DNA of 64,000 nucleotides, taken from the NCBI GenBank assembly GCA_964016885.1, contig OZ024742.1, positions 28,582,001-28,646,000 on the forward strand. Direction: 5' to 3'. Positions 9,330-25,870 of the stretch are shown in pieces. Positions within the stretch are counted from its first letter, which is position 1. Every line of letters begins with the position of its first letter. The translations under genes were made by a program, and so were the position numbers. The notes under the pieces are model-generated. The model was not told the origin of the DNA. It did no database searches and worked only from the letters and a program-made list of their open reading frames with translations. The stretch is from Eledone cirrhosa (taxonomy: Eukaryota).

Positions 9330-12082
9330 CCACCTGATCACCTATAGATCAGGGGAGCACTCTAGTCAGTTAGATTTTATCCTCATCAGAGGACGTGACA
9401 GATGGACGGTCGTAAACACAAAAGCCTTCCCTAGTGAGGAATGTACATCCCAACATAGCTTAGTGGTCAGCGACCTCACGGTCAGAACTAGACGAGCCCT
9501 GAAACAGAGGCCAACCTGGAGAAGAAAGATCTGGAAGCTGAAAGTCCCCTCAACCAGTAACAGATTTAAAGATATTTTACTCAACGCCTACGACAGTAAA
9601 GAAGAACAGATAGAGACATTGAACGTAGAAGAGAACTGGGAGTTCCTAAAAAATAACTTACTAGAGGCGACGGATGAGGTTTGTGGCTGGAGTAAGACCT
9701 CAAGCAGGAGGAGAGTGACTTGGTGGTGGAACAATAAGGTAGATGAAGCAGTCAAGGCCAAGAGACAAGCATGGAAAGAATGGAAGAACGGGGGGAGCAG
9801 GGTACATTACATAGAGACCAAGAGGGAAGCTAGGCGACAAGTATACTTAGCTAGGAGGGAAGCAGAGGATAGAAAATTGAAGCATGTTTTACAACGTGAG
9901 GACCAGAAACAGGAGGTATTCAAGATTGCGAGGCAGTGTGTCAGAGATAGTTGTGATGTCATTGGAGAGAAGTGTATCCGGAATGATAAAGGTGAGCTTG
10001 CCCTCACAAGTGCTGAGAAGAAAGATGCATGGAAGAGTCATTATGATAGATTACTAAATGAGGAGAATGCATGGGAAGAAGAGACCCTACCCCACATAGA
10101 CCCTATAGAGGGACCAGCAGTACAAGTCAGCGGCAGCGTAGTAAGTAAGGCAATCAGAGATATGAAGATAGGGAAGGCAACCGGTCCATCGGGTATAGCT
10201 GCCGAGATGCTGAAGGCATCTGGGTTTGTAGGTCACACTATAACCACACGTATCGTTAACCAGGTAATACTAGAGGGGGCCATACCAAAAGATTGGTGCA
10301 GTAGCATCATTGTCAACTGCTACAAAGGTAAATGCGATGCACTAGATAGAGGAAACTATAGAGGTATGAAGTTGATGGACCAGGTCATGAAAGTAACAGA
10401 AAGAGTTATAGCACAGCTGATTAGGGACCGGGTGAATATAGACGAGATGCAATTTGGGTTTGTACCAGGGAAAGGCACCACTGATGCCCTCTTCCTTGTG
10501 AGGCAATTACAGGAAAAGTACCTAGCTAAAAGTAAGCCACTCTACTTGGCATTTGTCGACCTTGAGAAAGCCTTTGACAGAGTTCCACGTGCAGTAATCT
10601 GGTGGGCTCTTAGAAAACTAGGAGTAGATGAATGGCTTGTGAAAGCGGTACAAGCCATGTATAGGGGAGCAGTCAGCAAAGTTAGGATTAGCAATGAGTA
10701 TAGCGAGGAATTTAGCGTACAGGTTGGGGTCCACCAGGGCTCTGTTCTTAGCCCCCTCCTGTTCATCATAGTCCTGCAGGCAATAACAGAGGAGTTTAAG
10801 ACCGGATGCCCATGGCAACTCCTGTATGCTGATGACCTCGCACTCATAGCTGAATCTATGGTAGAACTAGAGAATAAATTCCAAACCTGGAAGCAGGGAC
10901 TAGAGAGAAAGGGCCTCAAAGTCAACATGAAAAGACTAAGGTCCTTATAAGTAGACGAGAAAACAGAACCCAGATCCCCTCAGGGAAATGGCCTTGCTCA
11001 GTATGTAGGAAAGGTGTAGGTAGGAACTCCATTCTCTGCCCCAAATGCAAACAATGGGTACACAAGAGATGTAGCGGGATCTCAGGAAGCTTAATTAAGA
11101 ATGTAGGATTCACATGCAGCAGCTGTGCTGAAACAGCAAGCAAACAGCCACAGGAAACAAGTACCACCAATCTCTGGGAGGGCCCTGTAGAAACAGTAGA
11201 CAGCTTCTGCTACCTAGGTGACCGAATTAGCAACGGAGATGGGTGCTCAGAAAGTAAAATAACTAGGGTAAGAACGGGATGGAAGAAGTTTAGGGAACTA
11301 CTACCACTGCTAGCTGCAAAAGGCTTCTCCCTCAGAATAAAAGGCAGACTGTATGATGCGTGTATCCGAACAGCGATGTTGCATGGTAGTGAGACCTGGG
11401 CGCTGAAGGTGGAAGACTTACGTAGATTAGAGAGAAACGAAGCCTGCATGCTCCGATGGATGTGTAACAGTAATATACGTGAACGACAAAGCACAAAGGA
11501 ATTGAGAGAGAGACTGAGCATAAGAGGAATCAAATGCTGCGTGCAGGAGAGGCGGTTACGCTGGTATGGACATGTGATGCGTATGAAGGATGACAGCTGC
11601 ATAAAAAGGTGCAGAGCACTACAAGTTGATGGAAACCGCGGAGTGGGGAGACCCAAGATGACTTGGGATGAGGTGATAAAAGCCGACCTTACTCAACTAC
11701 ACCTCTCAAAGTCAATGACACACGACCGTGACTTCTGGCGTCACGCAGTAATACAGGGTACCCGACCTCCCATGGGTACATGCTGAAGCATATAAACAAT
11801 ATGCCCCCACTCCCCCCACCGCAAGGTGGTCGTGGAGGTGCCACGGCAAAAAAGCACCCAACCCACACTGTAAATTGGACGTGTAGGCGCCACGAAAAAG
11901 CACCCAGCACTCACTGTAAATGAGGTTGGTGTTAGGAAGGGCATCCAGCTGTAGAAATCAAGCCAGATCAGTTCCTGTATGAGCAAGGCATGGTCAGCCG
12001 ACCAGACACTGCCCACAACAGGACAACCCGTCTAACCCATGCTAGCGTGGAAGAACGGACGTAAAACGGTGATGATGATGAT
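9330..12082 (+). mobile_element. RTE LINE copy 3 (diverged subfamily), frameshifted near 10930
   Basis: ORFs 9463-10950 and 11376-11786 carry RT motifs; different 3' UTR; (GAT)n tail. Confidence 0.93.
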
Positions 12083-12115
<33 letters not shown>

Positions 12116-12246
12116 AATATATATAAATATATAAATATATATATATATATAAATATATAAATATATATATATATAAATACGTTATTCCGGGTTGAATCGG
12201 AGGTAACCACAGTAAGTAAGGTACTCAATACATTGCAGAGTATAAA

Positions 12247-12297
12247 AGTTTCCTGATGATTTCTAAAGAATGAAACAGTTCTAGTCCTGTAGAATCT
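12247..12297 (+). ncRNA. Type I hammerhead motif in a ~125-bp islet within (TA)n
   Basis: AGTTTC-CTGATGA-T-TTC(taaa)GAA-T-GAAA-CAG(ttctagtc)CTG-TA-GAATCT. Confidence 0.7.
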
Positions 12298-12302
12298 CAT
12301 CT

Positions 12303-12333
<31 letters not shown>

Positions 12334-12454
12334 AGTATATATATAAATATATATATATAAATATATATATATAAATATATATATATAAATATATATATAT
12401 AAATATATATATAAATATATATATATATAAATATATATATAAATATATATATAA

Positions 12455-12497
<43 letters not shown>

Positions 12498-12597
12498 TAT
12501 ATATATAAATAAATATATATATATAAATAAATATATATATATATATATAAATAAATATATATATATATATAAATAAATATATATATATATATAAATT

Positions 12598-12631
<34 letters not shown>

Positions 12632-12668
12632 AATTTATATATATATAAATATATATATATATATAAAT

Positions 12669-12731
<63 letters not shown>

Positions 12732-12906
12732 AATATATATATATAAATTTATATATATATAAATATATATATAAATATATATATATATATAAATATTTAT
12801 ATATATAAATATAAATAAATATATATATATATATAAATATTTATATATATAAATATAAATAAATATATATATATATATAAATATTTATATATATAAATAT
12901 AAATAA

Positions 12907-12937
<31 letters not shown>

Positions 12938-13039
12938 TATATATGTATATATATATAAATAAATATATATATATATAAATATATATATATATAAATATAT
13001 ATATATAAATATATATATATATAAATATATATATATATA

Positions 13040-13071
<32 letters not shown>

Positions 13072-13105
13072 AATATATATATAATATATATAATATATAT
13101 ATATA

Positions 13106-13157
<52 letters not shown>

Positions 13158-13205
13158 AATATATATAATATAATATATATATATAATATATATATATAAT
13201 ATAAT

Positions 13206-13240
<35 letters not shown>

Positions 13241-13285
13241 AATATATATATAAATATATATATATAAATATATATATATATAAAT

Positions 13286-13340
<55 letters not shown>

Positions 13341-13366
13341 AATATATATATATATAATATAATATA

Positions 13367-13571
13367 TTTCTTTTCTGAATTTGTTTAGCAAGATTCTTTA
13401 TCTGAAATCGTGTGTTGAAACCGATATTGTTATACTTTGGGAGGGTCATGAAACCAGAAATTTATAAGTTTGTAAATTTGTAAATTTATAAATATATAAT
13501 AAATTGAAGTGAAAGCAACTGGTGCGTGTGTTTCTTATTGGCAACATGACCCTCCCAAAGTATAACAATAT
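13367..13571. mobile_element. PLE pseudo-LTR fragment with inverted copy of its 3' end
   Basis: 13367-13450 is the reverse complement of 2884-2965; 13452-13571 matches 2782-2910; arms 13424-13450 and 13545-13571. Confidence 0.85.
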
Positions 13572-13678
13572 ATAAATATATATATAATTATATATATATA
13601 ATTATATATAAATATATATAAATATATAAATATATATATATATATAAATATATATAAATATATATAAATATATATATA

Positions 13679-13710
<32 letters not shown>

Positions 13711-13757
13711 AATATATATATATAAATATATATATATAAATATATATATATATTATA

Positions 13758-13835
<78 letters not shown>

Positions 13836-13838
13836 TAC

Positions 13839-13893
<55 letters not shown>

Positions 13894-13940
13894 TACATAT
13901 ATAAATATATATAAATATATAAATATATATATATATATAG

Positions 13941-13971
<31 letters not shown>

Positions 13972-13997
13972 GATACATATACATATATATATATATA

Positions 13998-14051
<54 letters not shown>

Positions 14052-14067
14052 AATATATATATATATA

Positions 14068-14107
<40 letters not shown>

Positions 14108-14108
14108 A

Positions 14109-14152
<44 letters not shown>

Positions 14153-14261
14153 TATATATATATATATATAATACATATATATATATATATATATATAAAT
14201 ATATAATATATATATAAATATATACATATATATATATATATATTAAATATATATATATAAT

Positions 14262-14429
<168 letters not shown>

Positions 14430-14465
14430 TATATATATTATATATATATATAATATAATATATAT

Positions 14466-14564
<99 letters not shown>

Positions 14565-14571
14565 AATAAAT

Positions 14572-14610
<39 letters not shown>

Positions 14611-14613
14611 AAT

Positions 14614-14645
<32 letters not shown>

Positions 14646-14653
14646 TTATATAA

Positions 14654-14684
<31 letters not shown>

Positions 14685-14853
14685 GATATATATATATATA
14701 TAAATATATATATATATAAATATATATATAAATATATATATATATAAATATATATATATATAAATATATATAAATATATATATATATAAATATATATAAA
14801 TATATATATATATAAATATATATAAATATATATATATATATAAATATATATAA

Positions 14854-14910
<57 letters not shown>

Positions 14911-14933
14911 CATATAAATATAAATATATATAT

Positions 14934-14966
<33 letters not shown>

Positions 14967-14969
14967 TAA

Positions 14970-15020
<51 letters not shown>

Positions 15021-15021
15021 A

Positions 15022-15052
<31 letters not shown>

Positions 15053-15113
15053 AATATATATATAAATATATATATATAAATATATATATAAATATATATA
15101 TATAAATATATAT

Positions 15114-15598
15114 ATATTGTTATACTTGGGGAGGGTCATATTTGTGTAATATTGCCAGAATTAATAACAGAACACACTCACTGTTTGGTTGGTTTTCGTT
15201 TCTCGCTTCTGTGTCTTTTATATCGGTAATCTAATATACTCGGTCCTCAATGTTGCCATTGACTGACCGGCGGTCATACAACATAACAGGAGGAAAATAT
15301 AGCACCACTGACGATGTTGCAGATGTGCAACGAAAGATTTATGATAAACTATATATATGTGTTTGTGTCTATATTGTATCTGTATTATTTTTGACCGCCG
15401 GTCAGTCAATGGTAACATTGAGGACCGAGTATATTAGATTACCGATATAAAAGACACAGAAGCGAGAAGCGAAAACCAACGAAACAGTGAGTGTGTTCTG
15501 TTATTTATTCTGGCAATACTACACAAATATGACCCTCCCCAAATATAACAATATTTGTTTCGACACACGATTTCATATAAAAAACCTCGCAAAACTAA
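15114..15598. mobile_element. Fold-back PLE derivative: ~160-bp inverted arms with a hammerhead in the spacer
   Basis: Arms 15114-15276 and 15392-15554; the ends match the MTLPKYNN segment of the PLE at 2885. Confidence 0.85.
15304..15345 (+). ncRNA. Minimal type I hammerhead ribozyme
   Basis: ACCA-CTGACGA-T-GTTGCA(gatg)TGCAAC-GAAA-GATT-TA-TGAT; one stem I mismatch. Confidence 0.8.
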
Positions 15599-15685
15599 TA
15601 TATATATATAAATATATATATAAATATATATATAAATATATAAATATATATATAAATATATAAATATATATATATATATATAAAT

Positions 15686-15782
<97 letters not shown>

Positions 15783-15825
15783 AATATATATATAAATATA
15801 TATATAAATATATATATATATATAA

Positions 15826-16060
<235 letters not shown>

Positions 16061-16063
16061 AAT

Positions 16064-16170
<107 letters not shown>

Positions 16171-16191
16171 AATATATATATATATATTTAT

Positions 16192-16224
<33 letters not shown>

Positions 16225-16237
16225 AATATATATAAAT

Positions 16238-16354
<117 letters not shown>

Positions 16355-16355
16355 A

Positions 16356-19333
<2,978 letters not shown>

Positions 19334-19659
19334 TATATATATACATATACACACGATGATGTTGAATATTTAATGTTTAATATGAGAACTGACATGAGGA
19401 AATCTCATATAGAGGAAGAGGTTGGTGGTAATGAAGGTGAAGATAATGTAGTACACTGAGATATGCTATCTATTTAAAAACATATATACACACACAGAGA
19501 CAGCCATAATATACAGATATGCACATATACACGCTTCCTTGCAACCATACACACACACACACACACATATATATATCTCACTCTCAATCTCTCTATATAT
19601 ATACACACACATACATATATTTGGAAATATTTGTATACATACATATATACATTTATAAA

Positions 19660-19921
19660 TAAAAATATACATATATAAATATATATATTTATATATACAT
19701 TTATAAATATATATATTTATATATACATTTATAAATATATATATTTATATATACATTTATAAATATATATATTTATATATACATTTATAAATATATATAT
19801 TTATATATACATACATATATTTATAAATATATATATTTATATATACATACATATATTTATAAATATATATATTTATATATACATACATATATTTATAAAT
19901 ATATATAGATATACATATATT

Positions 19922-19985
<64 letters not shown>

Positions 19986-21268
19986 CAATTATAAATTCAG
20001 CGAGAATCGCATTTCGGCGGGTAGAAAAAGCGAAATGCAGCGCAAATTCCGAGTCATGCTGGCAAGCGCTCCATGGTCGAAAGAGACCAGAGCAATAAAC
20101 ATAGGTTATAAAGGCCATACAAACTGAGAAGGCGGTCAAGAAGCCATTAACCACCTAAGCCAAAACAACGAGTCAAGCTAAACGGGTCAGACATGTATTT
20201 ATAAACATATATGTACATACATATATTTATAAATATATATTTATACCTACATATATTTATAAATATATATATATACATACAAAAACAACATGGCCAGTAA
20301 TTCGGAGGAATTTATATTTAACAAACAAACACCTATTGACTATAAACGACTCAAAATAATCCCATGGTTAATAGATGAGTAACAAAAACATATACACATA
20401 CATACGAACTACAACACAAAAACACTTAAATGAAAATCACATACCCAACTCTATCACGTGCTTTACATTACACCTTACATAAAAAATACCTACATTATCA
20501 CCACACACCTCTCTAACAAATTGCACACTATCTTAAATATTTATAACTTGTGTTAACACCACACACAAAATATGTTTATTTCAACTGCAGTATAACTCTT
20601 TCCTCATACATGCCCCATTGACTGTATTGACTCCTGCATTGTACACCAATTGTCCTTGCTTACAACTACTTTCCCTAAATTATTTTCTCTTTGCTTGTGC
20701 TTTTTACTTTTACTTATACCTATTACACTTCCAACCAGTGCTGCCTGTAATTGTGTTATTTCAAGCGGAACATCTTTGTAACTCCTGACTCTCCACATGA
20801 TGCCTTTGACACTAACAACAACTATGTACCCTAAATGTTCTAAATGACTAGGATTCTAGTTACACGTTTTCGACATTCCTTATGCTCCGATGATTCCAGA
20901 CTTCCCTCTGGAAGAAACAATTGTCAACTAATAAATGTTCTAAACTAAAATTTGATCATTTTAATACTTTCTATATATACATACATATATTTATAAATAT
21001 ATATATATACATACATATATTTATAAATATATATATATACCTACATATATTTATAAATATATATTTAGACATTCATATATTTATAAATATATATATATAC
21101 ATACATATATTTATAAATATATATATATACACATACATATATTTATAAATATATATATATACATACATATATTTATAAATATATATATATACACATATAT
21201 TTATAAATATATATATATACATACATGCATACATATATTTATAAATATATATATATATATATATATAT
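19660..21268. repeat. AT-rich ~30-bp minisatellite tracts (atatatacatacatatatttataa) around unique islets
   Basis: Direct inspection at 19670-19930 and 20975-21250. Confidence 0.8.
20882..20930 (+). ncRNA. Hammerhead motif with U4>C core change
   Basis: CCGATGA-TTCCAGA(cttccc)TCTGGAA-GAAA-CAATTG-TC; 7-bp stem II, palindromic stem III, GUC site; stem I decayed. Confidence 0.7.
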
Positions 21269-21688
21269 GATTTTAATTAGAGTATGTGTTAGTTTATCAT
21301 CGACACTTTTGTATGTACGGTAGAGCACTCGAATTATACAAGTATGTCTGTTTACTCTGGTGTATAATTATAACCATGAAATACATGTCAAAGGGTTATA
21401 ATTCACTTTATTTATTCATAATTGCTTTAATAACAGTTATGCAAAAGCTATGACTTCATCAGACAGCTAGAAATCGAACAGAAATAAAAAAAAAACCAGA
21501 AAACATAATGAAGAACTAAACCTTACTTCTGTTGTTTCAATTCATTGATAGAACCCAGGCTGACATTTGGTGTTGCTTTCTCACACGTTTCAACTTAAAA
21601 GTAACATGTAAAAAAGCTTCCTTGTATTGAGTTCTTACACTCCTGCTTCAAACTCGATCTTCGTGATAACCTTGTTTGTTTATATATG

Positions 21689-22122
21689 TAAAGGAAATGA
21701 ATGATTGTGGATGAATGGACAATACATCGTTTCTCTTTGTAGAAATAAATGACTCCAGAAGGGGGGTGAACAGTCAAAAATCAACGAACCTTTATTAAAT
21801 GCGACATTTAATAAATTATGTACAATATCAATTCAAACATACCTTGTGGGTTAATAGAAGTAGTGTAATTATATTCTCCGGTGCAGGAATAACGAAAGAA
21901 TAAGCGAGTGCATATTAGTCGAGATATCGTGGCGTCCTTGATCCGAAGGAGGGCATTTACACAGTCACTCACAAAGCCAGCATGGTCAATATTTTGGAGA
22001 GGGAGTCGTTTCACGTCTGTTCATGTCCGCGTCTGTGACCGGATGTGTGTTGCCTCCGCTCTCTGAAGAGTTGTTAAGGGGAGGCAACTGCTAGTTCCTA
22101 AGCGACCATCTCAGTCACTACA
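21689..22122 (-). repeat. 3' LTR (434 bp)
   Basis: Direct repeat of 27103-27507; reads TGTAGT...CCTTTA on the minus strand. Confidence 0.95.
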
Positions 22123-22690
22123 TTCACCTCGGCGCAGATTTTTTGTCGAAAAATCGTTAACGATGAAGCGAAGGACCCACAAGGTAGTTTACAAAATGTA
22201 GAAGCATGTATCAACAAATTATGAAAAAAAAGAAATAGGTTCATGTCTGCAAGCATTAACACAGAAAAAATGTACAGCAAAAGATGCAAAATGCATGAAA
22301 AGATAACACTCTTCGCAATAAAGGAGCCCCAAATGCGATACACAAAAAAAAAATGATTTGCTAGGCAATGAAAATGCCATATGTAGCATAGCTATAAAAA
22401 TGCACTAAAAAAAAATGGACTGTGTCAGAATTGACAACAGTCGTAATGTTACGAAAAATAACATATATTGACACTGCCGTAGGCAGTCAGGAATCAAAAA
22501 GCAACACAATGAAATATACAGCAAAAACAATTGGAAGAAGAAAAGAATACAATTCAGTTTATATTACTGCATAGCTTACGGGGCCAATGCACTCTTCGCC
22601 CAGAACGGGTCGTAGTTCTGTATGTTGATGGTGGGGGGGGGGGAAGAAATAGGCGTATGTGGCAAAGAAAAAGAAGGGGGCATTTGAGTT

Positions 22691-25600
22691 TCAAGTGTCA
22701 TTGTCCAGGTTTGCTCGTTTGAGACGATCAACGGAAACCGTTTCGCTGGAACCCCGAATGTCCAGTGTGAAATGTTTGTCTGTGCGAGCAAGCACACAAT
22801 AGGGTCCAGAGTACGGCCGTTGAAGAGGGGGTCTCACGGCGTCGTCTCTAACGAACACATGTGTCCACAAGGCAATATCCCTTGGGACGGCAGTTTTTAC
22901 AGTTTGCTTCCTAGTGTCCATCGGTGGTAAATCCTGGAAGAAAGAATGAAGCCGGGACACGTAGGAAGCGGGATCCTGCGAAGCAAGATCAACAGGAGCA
23001 AGCATTTGCCCCGGTAACGCAAGAGGAGTACCATAAATCAATTCAGCCGGGGAGAACCCAAGGTCCACCTTTATTGTCGACCGAATACCTAACAACACAT
23101 AGGTAGGTACTCACTCCAACGTGAAGAGTCCATTGAAGCCCTTAAAGAGGCTTTAAGCTGTCTGTGAAATCTTTCCACCATTCCGTTTGATGCTGGATGA
23201 TATGCCGTGGTTCTTATGCGAGTAGCGCCAATAATTTGTGTTAATTCACGGAAGAGGTTCGATTCAAATTGACGACCGCGGTCTGTTGTTATTGTGGTTG
23301 GTACTTATTAGGGCGGTGGATTGGCAGTATCGGTAGAGGGTTTGACGCCATGCTTTCCAGCATAGTTACGTCCTTTTACGATCTGAGTTCAATTCCCGCC
23401 GAGGTTGACTTTGCCTTTCATCCTCACGGGGTCGATAAAATAAAGTACCAGTAATGCACTGGGTATTTTGCTGGCCTTGTGCCTAAAGTAGAAACAGTTA
23501 TTGTGGTTGGTACTCCAAAACGAGCGATCCATGCAGATACGAGAGTACGCGCTGTCGTTTCAGCAGTGATATCTGTCATAGGGATTGCTTCAGGCCAACG
23601 CGAAAAACGGTCAACGATCGTCAAAATATACGAATAACCACGACTAATCGGCCACGGGCCGACGATGTCCACATGAATGTGACGAAATCTGGCATCAGGA
23701 CAGGTGAAAGTTCCGAGAGAAGTTTTAACGTGCTTCTGAACTTTGGACTTTTGGCAAGTGACACAGGAACGGCACCAAGCAGCAATGTCACGTCTCATAT
23801 CAGGCCAGAAAAATCTGGCTGTTATGAGTTTTACTGAGGCTGATACTCTTGGGTGAGAAATGCCATGTAAAGCGAGAAACACAGTTGACCAACTGGGACG
23901 AGAGGTCGTCGTGAGTCCAACGAGATATCACATAGTATCTGTCCGTCAGCGGTTGATAAAGGAAGGTATTTCATATTGCAGTTAATGAACTCCGGCGATG
24001 TGCAATCCAATGATTCAAGCGAGGGTTGGTCAATGGCCAATTGACGCAAATCTATACCGTTAGACGACGAGATCGAAGCTATCGGGAGGCGAGACAAGGC
24101 GTCTGCCGCAGTGTTCAAATCACCCGGAATATGTTGAATATCATGTGTGTATTGGGAAACAAAATCCAGATGTCTAGTTTCTCTGGGCGAGTATTTGTCT
24201 GCTTTAGTTCGAAGAGCAAACGTCAAAGGTTTATGATCAGTGAAAATAGTGAATGTTCTTCCTTCAAGTACATGAGCAAAATGTTTCACTGATAAATAAA
24301 TTGCTAATAGCTCCCTTCCAAAGGTGCTATAGCGAGTTTCGGCAGGTTTTAACTTTCTCGAAAAGAACTCGAGTGGTTGCTGTAACCCTTCACACTTCTG
24401 CTGTAAGACTGCGCCTACGGCGGTATCCGACGTATCAACACAGAGCGATAGCTCGGCGTTGGGTACTGGGTGGGCGAGCAAAGACGCGCTCGCTAACGCC
24501 TTTTTCACTTTTTTAAAATGCTCAAGCTGCGTTTCATTTAAGGAAATGTCCATATTCTTACGCCGGCAATTTTTAAAAATTTCTGTCAACGAGAACAGCA
24601 AGTTGGAACAATTAGGCACGAATCGCCTATAAAAATTTACAAGGCCTAAGAATTGACGTAATTGTCGCAGTGAACTTGGCGGAGGCAAACCCGATACTGC
24701 CTTAACCTTCTCAGAAAGAGGTCGAATACCATCGGCGTCAATCAGATGGCCTAAAAATGTTAGTGAAGTCGAGCCGAAAACACACCTGGAAGCATTAATA
24801 CGAACATTATATCTCTGTAAACGACGAAATACAAGATCCAGATGCTTTGAAGGCTGCTCAGGAGAAGAATTAGCAATCAGTACATCATCGATATACGTAT
24901 AAACAAAATCGAGACCACAAGTGACATCATCCATGAATCGTTGGAAGGTACTTGCAGCATTTCTAAGTCCGAAAGGCATAGTGAGGAACTCGAATGATCC
25001 GAAAGGAGTGGCAATAGCAGTCTTTGGAATATCCTCCTTTTTAACCGGAATTTGATTATAAGCGCGGATCAAATCAAGCTTAGAAAAGATTCTGCAACCC
25101 TGCAATGACGATGCAAAATCCTGTAAATGCGGGATTGGATAACGGTCAGGCACAGTAATCGCGTTTAAGCGTCGGTAGTCACCCGTCGATCTCCAATCAC
25201 CAGAAGATTTAAGTACCATATGCAGAGGCGATGCCCAAGGACTTGTGGAACGCCGAATTATTCCTAATTTCAGCATGTGGTCGAATTCAAGACCTGCAGC
25301 TTTCAACTTCTCTGCAGATAATCTTCGAGGACGTGAGAAAACAGGTGGACCTGTAGTGGATATAAAATGTTCAATCACATGATCCGGGCTAGCAATTCGT
25401 AATCTTCCTAACGTCAGCTGTGGGAATGATTTTAACAAACTGTGATACTGGTTGCCCACTTCAGCCAAGAAAAAAGCAGGGCTTACTGTGGCGATCTCCG
25501 GCTTTGTACCCTCGAACGATAGGTCTGTATTAGCATCAAAAGGTCGTTGTCTGCGGATGTCAATCGACAAGGAAAAATGGTGGAGGAAATCCGCTCCCAA

Positions 25601-25870
25601 AATGGCGTATGGCAAGTCGGCGATAGTAAACTTCCACTTCAATTCACGACGCAAATTTTTAAACCAAAGAGGAAGCGAAATTTGCCCGTACGTTCGAATT
25701 GCCGTGTGGTTGACTGCTCGTAAATTGATATTTGATTCAGAAGGGTTTTTTTTGAGATAACTGACTGGCCAAATACTTAGTGACGCGCCAGTGTCGACAA
25801 GAAAAAGTGTTTTTGACTGCAGATCGTACACAAAAAAGATGACGGTTTGGTCGAGTTTCCCAGAGTTCAC
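22691..25870 (-). pseudogene. pol: Gypsy pol (protease, RT, RNase H, integrase), with a frameshift near 23880 and a SINE insertion
   Basis: LVDTGAS; [23 protein letters not shown]; RELLAI, TDHKPL; H-x3-H...[19 protein letters not shown]; PYSGPY. Confidence 0.93.
23306..23496 (+). mobile_element. tRNA-derived SINE family A inserted in the integrase
   Basis: A-box-like TGGCAGTATCGG, B-box GAGTTCAATTCC; 18-bp TSD GTTATTGTGGTTGGTACT at 23288-23305 and 23497-23514. Confidence 0.93.

Noticed and set aside
21425-21470. Minus-strand CTGATGA hammerhead starts here and at ~54300-54330
   Set aside because: A stem II-like hairpin follows, but there is no GAAA, stem III or stem I; too incomplete to call.
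21808-22014. Identical 68-aa ORF at 21808 and 27222
   Set aside because: It lies inside the two LTRs, so the identity reflects LTR duplication.
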